Assembly (NCBI GenBank): GCA_036389135.1
Contig: DASVQP010000048.1
Span: 58,399 to 122,398 of the forward strand
DNA: 64,000 bases
Source of the DNA: Longimicrobium sp.
GTDB taxonomy: Bacteria > Gemmatimonadota > Gemmatimonadetes > Longimicrobiales > Longimicrobiaceae
Direction: 5' to 3'
Below, piece by piece: positions 36,284 through 44,845 of this stretch. The notes beneath the pieces are model-generated. The model made no database searches, was not told where the DNA came from, and saw only the letters and a list, made by a program, of their open reading frames with translations. Both the position numbers and the translations under genes were made by a program. Positions within the stretch are counted from its first letter, which is position 1. Every line of letters starts with the position of its first letter.

Positions 36284-37000
36284 TTACTGGAGCTCGCGCC
36301 GCGCCGGCGCCCCGGCTTCCATCAGCTCGCGGAAGCGGCGCAGATCGTCCTCCAGCATCGCCTGCGGCATGCTGTGGAAGAGGCCCAGGATCGCCTGGCC
36401 CACCACGCCGCCCGGCGCGTCAATCTCCACCGCGTAGTGCACCTCCGCCTGCGTGCCGTCGCCGAACGGGGTGAAGCGCACCGAGCCGCGGTTGGGGATG
36501 TCTGACGGTTCGATCGACTCCCACGCGATGTACTCGCCCGGACGGTCCTCCGTCAGCCGCGAGGTCCACTGGAAGGAGCGGCCCATCGGTCCCGCTGCGG
36601 TCCAGCGCGAGGTGCTCTCGTCCAGGATCTCCACGCGCGTGATGGCGTCGCGGAAGCGCGGCGCGGTGGTGAAATCGCGCCAGAAGTCGTACAGCTCGCG
36701 CGCCGGCCGCTGGATGGCCGTGCGCGCCGAGCCGCGGAACCCGGCGTCGGGATCGGGCTTGTCGGGGCGCGTGGTCTCGTGCGAGCGGTCGATGCCCAGG
36801 GCGCCGTACACCTGGCAGTAGCCCGTCACACCGCGGTGCACCAGCGTCGCGCCGGCGAGGCCGAGGATGGTGCCCTGCACGCCCTTTCTGCGCAGGCCGA
36901 GCGCGGCCAGCGCGCCCCCGCCCAGCACCGAGAGGATGCGCTCGTTCTTTCCGACATTCGTACGCGCGGCGCCGCCTTCGGCGCTGCGCGGCTCGCCCAT
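36284..37000 (-). CDS. SRPBCC-fold protein with an N-terminal DUF2892-like membrane segment
   Basis: NVGKNERILSVLGGGALAALG is a YgaP-like segment. It is followed by a START/cyclase-like region (ELYDFWRDFTTAPRF). ATG at 36998-37000. Confidence 0.6.
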   Translation of the reverse strand: MGEPRSAEGGAARTNVGKNERILSVLGGGALAALGLRRKGVQGTILGLAGATLVHRGVTGYCQVYGALGIDRSHETTRPDKPDPDAGFRGSARTAIQRPARELYDFWRDFTTAPRFRDAITRVEILDESTSRWTAAGPMGRSFQWTSRLTEDRPGEYIAWESIEPSDIPNRGSVRFTPFGDGTQAEVHYAVEIDAPGGVVGQAILGLFHSMPQAMLEDDLRRFRELMEAGAPARRELQ

Positions 37001-37137
37001 CTTCGCCACGTCCGGACCTCCTGCTTCGGGACATCGTGCTGCGGTCGAGCGGCGGGCGGTGTGCAAGAGGCAAGCCCGGGTGGGCCCTCACCCCCCGAGG
37101 GGCTGCACTCCAGGAGAGGCGTCGGCTTCGCGGCCAC

Positions 37138-37161
37138 CGGCGCGATGAATCGTGCCCCTAC
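37138..37161. repeat. REP-like hairpin unit GCGCGATGAATCG(C/T)GC + CCCTAC
   Basis: The same unit recurs at 55598-55622 and, inverted, at 59279-59303. Confidence 0.8.
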
Positions 37162-37193
37162 GACATCTGGTGCTACTAGCAGATGCACGCATA

Positions 37194-37223
37194 CGCCCCT
37201 CCCCCGCAGTTTGGGGGAGGGGC
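37194..37223. terminator. stem-loop downstream of ctaA
   Basis: GCCCCTCCCCC-N7-GGGGGAGGGGC lies just beyond the ctaA stop on the minus strand. Confidence 0.6.
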
Positions 37224-37248
37224 AGCGAGGAACGAGCGGGGAGAGGGC

Positions 37249-38217
37249 CTACACCGCGGCGGCGCGCGGTGAGGCGGGGAAGGCCGTTTCGCTCGGCGCT
37301 TCGGCGGGGTGCTCCTCCAGGGCGGAGGCGGTGGTGAGCACGAGGGCGATCCAGACGCAGTCGGCCAGGAAAAGGTGGGTGAGCTGCATCCAGAGCGGCA
37401 CCCGCAGGACGATGTTGATGACGCCGGCCGCCACCTGCACCGCAAACAGCGCGGTCAGGAGGGTGGCGAGGCGTTGCGTGGCGGGGCTGGGGCGGGCGCG
37501 GCGCACCATCCAGGCGACGACGGTGATGTACACGCTGGTGGCGATCGCCAGGAGAGGGTGCACGATGCGCAGCCGCTCCAGGAAGTGGGCCGTCGAGGAG
37601 AGCTCGAAGCCAACGGTGGTCTTGGGGAAGAGCGTGTCGCCGAGTGCCGTGACCGCGCCGGTGGCGCCCACCAGGATCGTGGCGCCGAGGGCCGTGAGCA
37701 GGACGGCACCGAGCGGGCCCCGGCCGCGCACCCGCACCTCGCCGCCGCCCGAGGCCCACCAGCCGGTCAGCGTGAGGGCGCCCAGCAGGAGGAAGGTGTT
37801 GACCAAGTGCGCGGCCATCGAGAACGCGCGGAAGGCGGACTTGTCGCCCGCCACCAACTCAAAGAGCACCAGCCCGGCCCCGAGCAGTGCCTCCACGAAG
37901 ATCAGCGCGGTGGAGAGCGCCGCGCCCCGCCGCACCCGGTGCCCGGCGGGGAAGGCGCGCCACGCCCACAACGCCATCGCCACCACCAGCAGCAGCGCGA
38001 GGCCGCTGGTGGCGCGGTGGGTGAGCTCGATGAGGAGCTCGTTGGAGGCGAGCTCCGGCATCACCTCGCCGTTGCAGACGGGCCAGTGGCGGCCGCAGCC
38101 GGCGCCGGAGTTGGTGGCGCGCACGACCGCGCCCCACAGCACCACGGCGACGTTGAAGGCCAGCACGCCCCACGCGTAGCGGGCGAAACCGGAGGTGGAG
38201 CGGAACAGCGGTCTCAT
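37249..38217 (-). CDS. ctaA: heme A synthase (COX15/CtaA)
   Basis: GAGCGRHWPVCNG motif, eight TM helices and conserved His residues. The 918-aa track ORF upstream of 38217 is junk. Confidence 0.85.
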   Translation of the reverse strand: MRPLFRSTSGFARYAWGVLAFNVAVVLWGAVVRATNSGAGCGRHWPVCNGEVMPELASNELLIELTHRATSGLALLLVVAMALWAWRAFPAGHRVRRGAALSTALIFVEALLGAGLVLFELVAGDKSAFRAFSMAAHLVNTFLLLGALTLTGWWASGGGEVRVRGRGPLGAVLLTALGATILVGATGAVTALGDTLFPKTTVGFELSSTAHFLERLRIVHPLLAIATSVYITVVAWMVRRARPSPATQRLATLLTALFAVQVAAGVINIVLRVPLWMQLTHLFLADCVWIALVLTTASALEEHPAEAPSETAFPASPRAAAV

Positions 38218-38481
38218 TCGGACGGGCCCTGGCACAGGTGGAAGCCCAACGGTACACCCCTGCCGCGCCACCGCGCAAGTGTTTGCGCAAGCACGGGTTC
38301 GGCGGCGTGCAAAGCGTGTGGGGGAATGCCCCACGAGGCGGTCGGGAGGCCTCCACACGCGGGGGTGCTGGGGTGGCGCACGTGGGTGCGGCGTGTATAT
38401 TTGCGCTCGTCCGCGCCCGCCAGACCGGCGCGCGCGGCCCCAACGAACGACGCCTCCCACGGGGCGCCGAGCCCGTAGCTG

Positions 38482-39528
38482 ATGCACGATACTCTTCCAG
38501 CCGTGACGGCCGCCCCCGCGGAGGCACACCCGGACGCCGGAATGACCACCGCCACGCAGCGCGCCGGGATCGAGGCGGAGCGGCGCGGCGGCGCGGGCGT
38601 GCGCCAGCTTCTGCGCGACTACGTGACGCTCACCAAGCCGCGCATCATCTCGCTGCTCCTGGTGACCACCGTCACGCCCATGTTCATCGCGCTGCGCGGC
38701 TGGCCGTCGCTGTCCGTCGTGCTGTGGACGATGCTGGGGGGCTACCTGATGGCGGGTGGCGCCAACGCGATCAACATGTTCATCGATCGCGACATCGACG
38801 CGCACATGCCGCGCACCAAGCTGCGCCCCATCCCCAGCGGGCGGATGTCGCCGGGGCACGTGCTGGGCTTCGGCGTCACGCTGGGCGCCGCGGCGTTCGC
38901 GACGTTCGCGCTGCGCGTGAACCTGCTGAGCGCGTGGCTGGCGCTGGCGGGGCTCCTCTACTACGTCTTCATCTACACCCGCTGGCTCAAGCGCACCTCG
39001 CCGCAGAACATCGTGATCGGCGGGGCCGCGGGCGCCTTTCCGCCGCTGGTGGGCTGGGCCGCCGCCACGGGCGAGGTGTCGCTGACGGCCGCGTACCTCT
39101 TCCTGATCGTCTTCTTCTGGACCCCGCCGCACTTCTGGGCGCTGGCGCTGGTGAAGCAAAAGGATTACGGCCGCGTGGGCGTCCCCATGGCGCCGAACGT
39201 GTGGGGCGAGCGCGAGACGATGCGCCAGATGCTCTTCTACACGTTGATCATGATCCCCGTCACGCTGGCGCCGGTCACCTACGGCGGGCTGGGGCTGGTG
39301 TACGGCGTGTCCGCGTCGGTGCTGGGCCTCTGGTTCCTGCGCGACGTGGTGCGGGTGATGCGCGCGGGCAACTTTACCAAGCCGGCGTGGACGCTGTACC
39401 GCAACTCGCTGCTGTACCTGGCGCTCCTCTTCGCGGCCATGGCGGTGGACGGCGTGGTCCCGGGCGCGCGCGTGGGCCACGACCCCATCATCCTGCGCGA
39501 CCCCGACATCACCGCCGCCGCGCGATGA
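38482..39528 (+). CDS. ctaB: protoheme IX farnesyltransferase (heme O synthase)
   Basis: LTKPRIISLLLVTT and the UbiA-family motif NMFIDRDIDAHMPRT. Divergent from ctaA. The start is 38482 or 38542. Confidence 0.9.
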   Translation: MHDTLPAVTAAPAEAHPDAGMTTATQRAGIEAERRGGAGVRQLLRDYVTLTKPRIISLLLVTTVTPMFIALRGWPSLSVVLWTMLGGYLMAGGANAINMFIDRDIDAHMPRTKLRPIPSGRMSPGHVLGFGVTLGAAAFATFALRVNLLSAWLALAGLLYYVFIYTRWLKRTSPQNIVIGGAAGAFPPLVGWAAATGEVSLTAAYLFLIVFFWTPPHFWALALVKQKDYGRVGVPMAPNVWGERETMRQMLFYTLIMIPVTLAPVTYGGLGLVYGVSASVLGLWFLRDVVRVMRAGNFTKPAWTLYRNSLLYLALLFAAMAVDGVVPGARVGHDPIILRDPDITAAAR

Positions 39529-39782
39529 GCGGCACACTCGCCTTCCACGCCGCCTCCCCGGATGGCGCCGAGGGCTTCGTGGTCCTCCTCCAGCGCCCCG
39601 GCGCGGACGGGCTGCTGAGCACGACGGAGTGGCCGGCGGGCGCCTACCTCGCACCCGGCCGGCATGGCGACACTTCGGTGGATGAACTGCTCGCCCGCGT
39701 TCGCGCCTGGCGCTCGGCCGGGTGGACGCTGAGCGAGCCGCTGGAGCGGATCGAAAGCTGGCTGCGGCACCCGCCGCGCTGA
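39525..39782 (+). CDS. hypothetical protein (85 aa) translationally coupled to ctaB
   Basis: The ATG overlaps the ctaB stop as ATGA. Codon bias is good. MSGTLAFHAASPDGAEGFVVLLQRPG.... Confidence 0.55.
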   Translation: MSGTLAFHAASPDGAEGFVVLLQRPGADGLLSTTEWPAGAYLAPGRHGDTSVDELLARVRAWRSAGWTLSEPLERIESWLRHPPR

Positions 39783-39838
39783 CCCACCCACCGCGGCGCT
39801 CGCCGCACCCCCATCCCTTCTCCTGGAGGCCCTCCGCG

Positions 39839-40390
39839 ATGACTACGCCGCACCGTGTGTCGCCGCGAAGCCAGGCCCGCTGGGACGCCGCCGCCGACGA
39901 GCACGAAGTCGCCCTCGCCGCGTACCTGCACTCGGCCTCGGCCCTGCCGCACGCATCGTGGACGCTGCCGTGGGGGGAAGGGAAGTGGACCCCCGCCCAG
40001 GTCACCGAGCACCTGACGCGTGCCTACGAGGCCCTCCTCGACGAGTTGCGCGAGGGGCGCCCGATGCGCGAGAAGCTGGCGGGATGGCGGAAGAAGATGG
40101 TCCGCATCGTCATCCTCCCCCACATCCTCTTCCATCGCACGATCCCCCTGCGCGTCCCCTCGCCGCGCGAGATGCGCCCCGGCGAGCCGCGCGCCGACCG
40201 CGAGGGTGCGCTGCAGGCGCTCCGCGAGCTGGGCGAATGCTTCGCCGCCGAGCTCGCCGCCGCGCGCGAGCAGGGCTCCGCCGGCCTCACCCATCCGTAC
40301 TTCGGCAAGCTGGAGCCCATCAAGGCCCTCCGCTTCGTCGCCATCCACCTGGACCACCACCGCAAGCAGATCGAGCGCACCCCCAAATAA
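39839..40390 (+). CDS. DinB-family protein
   Basis: Four-helix pattern with WTPAQVTEHL and VAIHLDHHRKQI near the C-terminus. Confidence 0.6.
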   Translation: MTTPHRVSPRSQARWDAAADEHEVALAAYLHSASALPHASWTLPWGEGKWTPAQVTEHLTRAYEALLDELREGRPMREKLAGWRKKMVRIVILPHILFHRTIPLRVPSPREMRPGEPRADREGALQALRELGECFAAELAAAREQGSAGLTHPYFGKLEPIKALRFVAIHLDHHRKQIERTPK

Positions 40391-40391
40391 G

Positions 40392-40490
40392 AAAAGCCTC
40401 ACACAGAGAACACAGAGGGAACCGCAAGCCGCAGAGAACTACTTCTGCCGTTCTTGCCGTTCCCTCTCTGTGTCTCTGTGTGAGGCTTTT
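40392..40490. repeat. CACAGAG-family palindromic element (most complete copy)
   Basis: aaaagcctcacacagagaacacagagggaac ... gttccctctctgtgtctctgtgtgaggctttt. It fills the whole gap between convergent genes. Confidence 0.9.
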
Positions 40491-41083
40491 TACCTTGGCT
40501 GTCGACGTGGCGCGAGGGTGTTGCGGATTCGCTGCAGCTCCTCGCGCAGATCGCGGATCGTCTGGTCGCGCTCGGCTACCTCGCGGCGGAGGCGGGCGGC
40601 CTCGGCGGCCGCGGCGGAGCTCTCGCCGCTGCCGCCGGGCGAAGGCTCGGTCACGACGCGGGTGACCACGCGGGGGTCGCACGCCACGGCGCCCGCGCGC
40701 GTGTCGCACGGGCGCTGCAGCTCGGTGACGAGGCGGAGCAGGGAGCCGGCCTCGCGCAGGTGGTAGCCGCGGAGCGCCTGCACGCTGTCGTCGGCCAGGT
40801 ACATCTGGAGCTGCTGGCGCGCGAGCGTGAGATCCACGCTGCTGCGCGGCTCCAGGCTCAGCACCCCCAGGTAGAAACGCGACTCGTGCCCCTCCGTCGT
40901 GCGCGGATGCTCGTTGGCGAGGCGCTGGAACGCGGCGGCTGCAACCCGGAACGAGTCCTGGGCGTACGCGGCGTGCGCCTGCTCCCACAGCCGCGCCCGG
41001 TGGCCCGCGTCCGGCCCGCCCCCCCGGAGCGTGGCGCAGGCGCCCAGGAGGAGCACGGAAAAGATTGCACAGACAGTTCGCAT
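40490..41083 (-). CDS. lipoprotein with a C-terminal coiled coil
   Basis: Lipobox in MRTVCAIFSVLLLGAC, a helical middle region and a charged C-terminal coil. Confidence 0.7.
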   Translation of the reverse strand: MRTVCAIFSVLLLGACATLRGGGPDAGHRARLWEQAHAAYAQDSFRVAAAAFQRLANEHPRTTEGHESRFYLGVLSLEPRSSVDLTLARQQLQMYLADDSVQALRGYHLREAGSLLRLVTELQRPCDTRAGAVACDPRVVTRVVTEPSPGGSGESSAAAAEAARLRREVAERDQTIRDLREELQRIRNTLAPRRQPR

Positions 41084-41087
41084 GGGG

Positions 41088-42602
41088 TCAGCCGTGAGGA
41101 ATCGTCTCGCCGACCTTGGCGGCCGGTGGGCGTTCGGGGATTACCACGGTGAAAGTGGTGCCCTTTCCTTCCTCACTCGCTGCACTGATCGTGCCCCCAT
41201 GCGCCTCCACGATCTCATGCGCGATCGCCAGCCCCAGCCCTGAACCCACCGAGCGCGGCTGGGCGTCGTTGTCCACCTGGTAGAACTTCTCGAAGATGTG
41301 CGGGAGCTTGTCCGCGGGGATGCCGACGCCCGTGTCCGCGACCGTCACGCGGATGCCGGCGCCGTCACGGTGCGCCTCCAGCCGGATGTTTCCGCCGCGC
41401 CGCGTGAACTTGAAGGCGTTGGAGAGGAGGTTGCCCAGCACCTCGTTGAGGCGGTCCGCGTCGCCCACCACGTTGACGGGAACGTCGTCCGCCACTTCCA
41501 CGGGGAAGTCGATCCCGTTCTGGTAGGCGAGGACCTGGAAGCCGCTGGTCAGCTCCTGGAGGAAGTCGCGCACGTTGATGCGCCGCAGCTCCAGCCGCCC
41601 GCCCCCCGCCTCGAAACGGCTGATGTCCAGCAGGCGGTGCACCAGGCGCGTGAGGCGGTCCGTCTGGTCGTTTACGGCCAGGAGCGTCTTCCGCTGCGTC
41701 TCGTTGACCTCGCCGTAGATGCCGTCCGCCAGGAGCGACACGTAGCCGCGGATGACGCTGAGCGGCGTCTTGATCTCGTGCGAGGCCACGGAGACGAACT
41801 CGGCCTTGAGCCGGTCCAGCTCCGCCAGCCGCTCGGCCATGGAGGTGAAGGAGCGCGCCAGCTCGCCGATCTCGTCCGGGCGGTGCGTGGGCACGCGCAC
41901 GTTGGGGGTGAAGTCGCCCTCGGCCACGTGCCCCATCCCCGCCCGCAGCTCGCTCACCGGCCGCAGCACGCCGCGCGTGAGCCAGGCGCCCAGGAGGAGC
42001 GTGGCGATCAGCGCAGCGGCCAGCGCGGTCAGCGTCGAGGTGGCGGCGCGGTCGGCAATTTCTTGCGCGCGGCGAACTTTTTCCTCACCCTCGGCGTCGA
42101 TGGCCTGGGCCACGGGGTCCAGCGAGTGCTCCATCGCGTCGAACGCCGGAACCACCACCGACTGCCGGAATTCGGTGTTGGGGTCCGCCACGCCGCGGCG
42201 CAGGCGCGACTGCTCTTCGGCGATGGCGCGGCGGAGCTGCTCGAACTGGCGGGCGGCGCGGCCGGTGGCGGCGCGGTACTCCGGCGTGGCGCTCGGGCGC
42301 GCGCCCAGGCCGCGGATCTCCCCCTCCAGCCGGCGCGTGGCGGTGTCGGTTCGCGCGCGCCAGTAGAGCGCCGTATCCGGCGAGATGTTCCACAGCACCA
42401 CGTGGTTGCTGTGGGCGTAGTCCAGCTCCTCCAGCCCGGTGTGGATGCGCCCCAGGATGCGGGTCGCCTCGGTGTCGCGCGTGCGGAGCTGCGCGGCCAC
42501 GTTCTGCAGCTCGCGCAGCCCGAACAGCGCGGACACCGCCGGCACGAGCAGCACCGTGGTGATCGCCAGCAGGGTAAGGACGAAACGTGTGCGCAGGTTC
42601 AT
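41088..42602 (-). CDS. sensor histidine kinase with a HAMP domain
   Basis: N-terminal TM, periplasmic region, second TM, HAMP, H-box SVASHEIKTPLSVIRGY, and N/G boxes (LLSNAFKFT, DTGVGI, GSGLGLAI). Confidence 0.9.
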   Translation of the reverse strand: MNLRTRFVLTLLAITTVLLVPAVSALFGLRELQNVAAQLRTRDTEATRILGRIHTGLEELDYAHSNHVVLWNISPDTALYWRARTDTATRRLEGEIRGLGARPSATPEYRAATGRAARQFEQLRRAIAEEQSRLRRGVADPNTEFRQSVVVPAFDAMEHSLDPVAQAIDAEGEEKVRRAQEIADRAATSTLTALAAALIATLLLGAWLTRGVLRPVSELRAGMGHVAEGDFTPNVRVPTHRPDEIGELARSFTSMAERLAELDRLKAEFVSVASHEIKTPLSVIRGYVSLLADGIYGEVNETQRKTLLAVNDQTDRLTRLVHRLLDISRFEAGGGRLELRRINVRDFLQELTSGFQVLAYQNGIDFPVEVADDVPVNVVGDADRLNEVLGNLLSNAFKFTRRGGNIRLEAHRDGAGIRVTVADTGVGIPADKLPHIFEKFYQVDNDAQPRSVGSGLGLAIAHEIVEAHGGTISAASEEGKGTTFTVVIPERPPAAKVGETIPHG

Positions 42603-42719
42603 GCGCCGCGGTCCGAAGTCATCTGAGCCGGTGTAAACGGATGGTTAACGCGCTTGCGCCTGCCGGACGGTGCCGCGTGACGGCTCCCGGCGCAAGGGGT
42701 AGTACGGCAACTGCACGTT

Positions 42720-42805
42720 TCACACAGAGACACGGAGGAGAACAGAAAGGAAAAAGAAGCTGCCTTTTCAGTTCTTGTTGTTTTCCTCTGTGGCTCTGTG
42801 TGAGG
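42720..42805. repeat. CACAGAG-family palindromic element
   Basis: tcacacagagacacggaggagaac ... ttttcctctgtggctctgtgtgagg. It overlaps the last codons of mazG. Confidence 0.85.
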
Positions 42806-43607
42806 CCGCTGTTCGTTCGCGGCGCTTGACCTCGTCCCAGAGCACGTCCAGCTCTTCGAGGGTGGCTTCGCCGAGGACGACGCCGCGCTCGAGGGCGAGG
42901 GCTTCGATGGCGCCGAAGCGGCGGGCGAACTTGGCGTTGGCGCGCGCCAGGGCCGGCGTGGGATGCGCGCCCGCCAGCCGCACCAGGTTCACCATGGCGA
43001 AGAGCAGGTCGCCCAGCTCGTCCTCCAGGTGGTCCGCGTCGCCGGACTCCAGCGCCTCGCGAACCTCGTCCGTCTCCTCGCGCACCTTGTCCCACGCGCC
43101 GCGCCAGTCCGGCCAGTCGAAGCCCACCGAGGCGACGCGGTCCTGCATGCGAAAGGCGCGCAGCAGCGGGTCCATCCCCGAGGGGAGGGCGCTGAGGAGG
43201 CCCGTGGCTTTCGGGTGCCCGGCGCGCTCGCGGGCCTTGATCGCGGCCCACTCCTCCCGCTCCCCCAGGCCGAAGAGGTGAGGGTGGCGTCGGCGCATCT
43301 TTTGCTCCAGGCCGGCGACCACTTCCTCCCGGCTGAAGGCGCCCTGTTCCTCGCCGATCACCACCTGGAAGGCCACGTTCAGCAGCAGGTCGCCCAGCTC
43401 GTCGCGCAGCGCGGCGGGGTCGCCCGCGTTGATGGCGTCGGCCACCTCGTGGGCCTCCTCCAGCAGGTAGCGCTGGAGGGAGTGCGGCGTCTGCTCGGCG
43501 TCCCACGGGCAGTGGGCGCGAAGGAAGCGGACCAGCTCCAGGGAACGGTCCAGGACGCCGCCGGAGTCGGGCGCGGCGGGGCGGAAGTCGGGTTGCGATG
43601 TCGTCAC
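42768..43607 (-). CDS. mazG: nucleoside triphosphate pyrophosphohydrolase MazG
   Basis: Two MazG repeats with EEAHEVADAI and EETDEVREAL motifs. GTG start. The C-terminal ~12 codons lie inside the repeat element. Confidence 0.85.
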   Translation of the reverse strand: MTTSQPDFRPAAPDSGGVLDRSLELVRFLRAHCPWDAEQTPHSLQRYLLEEAHEVADAINAGDPAALRDELGDLLLNVAFQVVIGEEQGAFSREEVVAGLEQKMRRRHPHLFGLGEREEWAAIKARERAGHPKATGLLSALPSGMDPLLRAFRMQDRVASVGFDWPDWRGAWDKVREETDEVREALESGDADHLEDELGDLLFAMVNLVRLAGAHPTPALARANAKFARRFGAIEALALERGVVLGEATLEELDVLWDEVKRRERTAASHRATEENNKN

Positions 43608-44794
43608 AAGGGGCCTATACTACGCGATTTGTGCCAATTCCGCCAACGGACGCCGAGCACGACACTTCCCGCGCCTGGGTGGAGGTAGACCTGGACGCGC
43701 TTCTGCGCAACCTCCGCCGCGTGCGCGAGGCCGCGGGTGGCGCCGCCCTCCTCCCCATGGTGAAGGCCAACGCCTACGGGCTGGGGCTCGCCCCCGTGGC
43801 GCGCCACCTGATGGCGTCGCTGGAGCCGGAGGCGCTGTGGGGCTTCGGCGTCGCCGCGGTGGCCGAGGGGGAGGCGCTGCGCGAGACCGGGTGGCGGGGC
43901 CGGGTGGTGGTGACCGCCCCCACGCCGCCGGGCGAGTACGCGCGCGCCGCACGGGCCCGTCTCACCCTGGCGCTCTCGGACGTTGACGCGGTGCGCGGGT
44001 GGGCGGATGCCGCGCGGAACGCGGGAGCACGCCTGGCCTTCCATACCGAGATCGACACGGGGATGGGTCGCGCCGGCTTTCCGGCGGGCGAGGCGGCGGA
44101 GTGGGGAAGGGCGGTGGCGGAGGCCGCAGGGGACCTTTTGGAGTGGGAGGGGTGTTTTACGCACTTCCACTCCGCGGACGAGGCCGACCTCGCTTCCGCG
44201 GATGCGCAGGAGCGGCGCTTCCGGGCTGCGCTGGCCCGGCTTCCGGATGGGCACCGGCACGTGGTCCACACCTCCAACAGCGCCGCGGCCCTGCGCCGCG
44301 CCGGTTTCGGGGGCGACGTGGTACGCCCCGGCATCTTCATGTACGGCGGCGAGGCGGGGCCGGGCACGCGCCCGGAGGCGGTGGCATCGCTCCGCGCGCG
44401 GATCGGGCTGGTCAGGGCGGTCCCCGCGGGGACCACGGTGGGCTACGGCGCCACCTACACCTCGCGTCGCGAGGAGCGGTGGGGAACGCTGGCCATCGGC
44501 TACGGCGACGGGCTCCCCCGGCGCCTGGCGACGGCGGGAGGGGAGGCGCTGGTCCGTGGGCGCCGCGTGCCGATCGTCGGCCGCATCTCCATGGACATGA
44601 CGGTGGTGGACCTTTCGGAGGTGCCCGGCGAGGTCCGCGCCGGCGACGTCGCCACCCTCATCGGAAGCGACGGTCCCGGCGAGATCCGGGTGGACGAGGT
44701 GGCCGCCCGTTGCGGCACCATTTCTTACGAGATCCTCACGGGGCTGGGGCTCCGCCTTCCGCGCACCTACCGGGGCGCGCCGGCGGGTGCCTGA
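43598..44794 (+). CDS. alr: alanine racemase
   Basis: PLP-lysine motif LLPMVKANAYGLG and the C-terminal ISYEILTGL. The start is uncertain. The ATG at 43598 overlaps the divergent mazG start, and GTG 43631 is an alternative. Confidence 0.88.
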   Translation: MSSQGAYTTRFVPIPPTDAEHDTSRAWVEVDLDALLRNLRRVREAAGGAALLPMVKANAYGLGLAPVARHLMASLEPEALWGFGVAAVAEGEALRETGWRGRVVVTAPTPPGEYARAARARLTLALSDVDAVRGWADAARNAGARLAFHTEIDTGMGRAGFPAGEAAEWGRAVAEAAGDLLEWEGCFTHFHSADEADLASADAQERRFRAALARLPDGHRHVVHTSNSAAALRRAGFGGDVVRPGIFMYGGEAGPGTRPEAVASLRARIGLVRAVPAGTTVGYGATYTSRREERWGTLAIGYGDGLPRRLATAGGEALVRGRRVPIVGRISMDMTVVDLSEVPGEVRAGDVATLIGSDGPGEIRVDEVAARCGTISYEILTGLGLRLPRTYRGAPAGA

Positions 44795-44845
44795 ATCCCG
44801 GGGCGGCCGAGGCCGCCCGCACACACACCGTTCCGGTTCTCTCTG

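Noticed and set aside
38218-40005. Upstream two-thirds of the 918-aa minus ORF that ends as ctaA
   Set aside because: Only the last 322 codons (from MRPLFRS at 38217) look like COX15. The remainder is junk and lies antisense to ctaB.
43598-43607. A genuine 10-bp overlap of the divergent mazG and alr start codons
   Set aside because: This is more likely a start-codon ambiguity. The 43610-43640 stretch is AT-richer and contains TATACT, and alr has an in-frame GTG at 43631.
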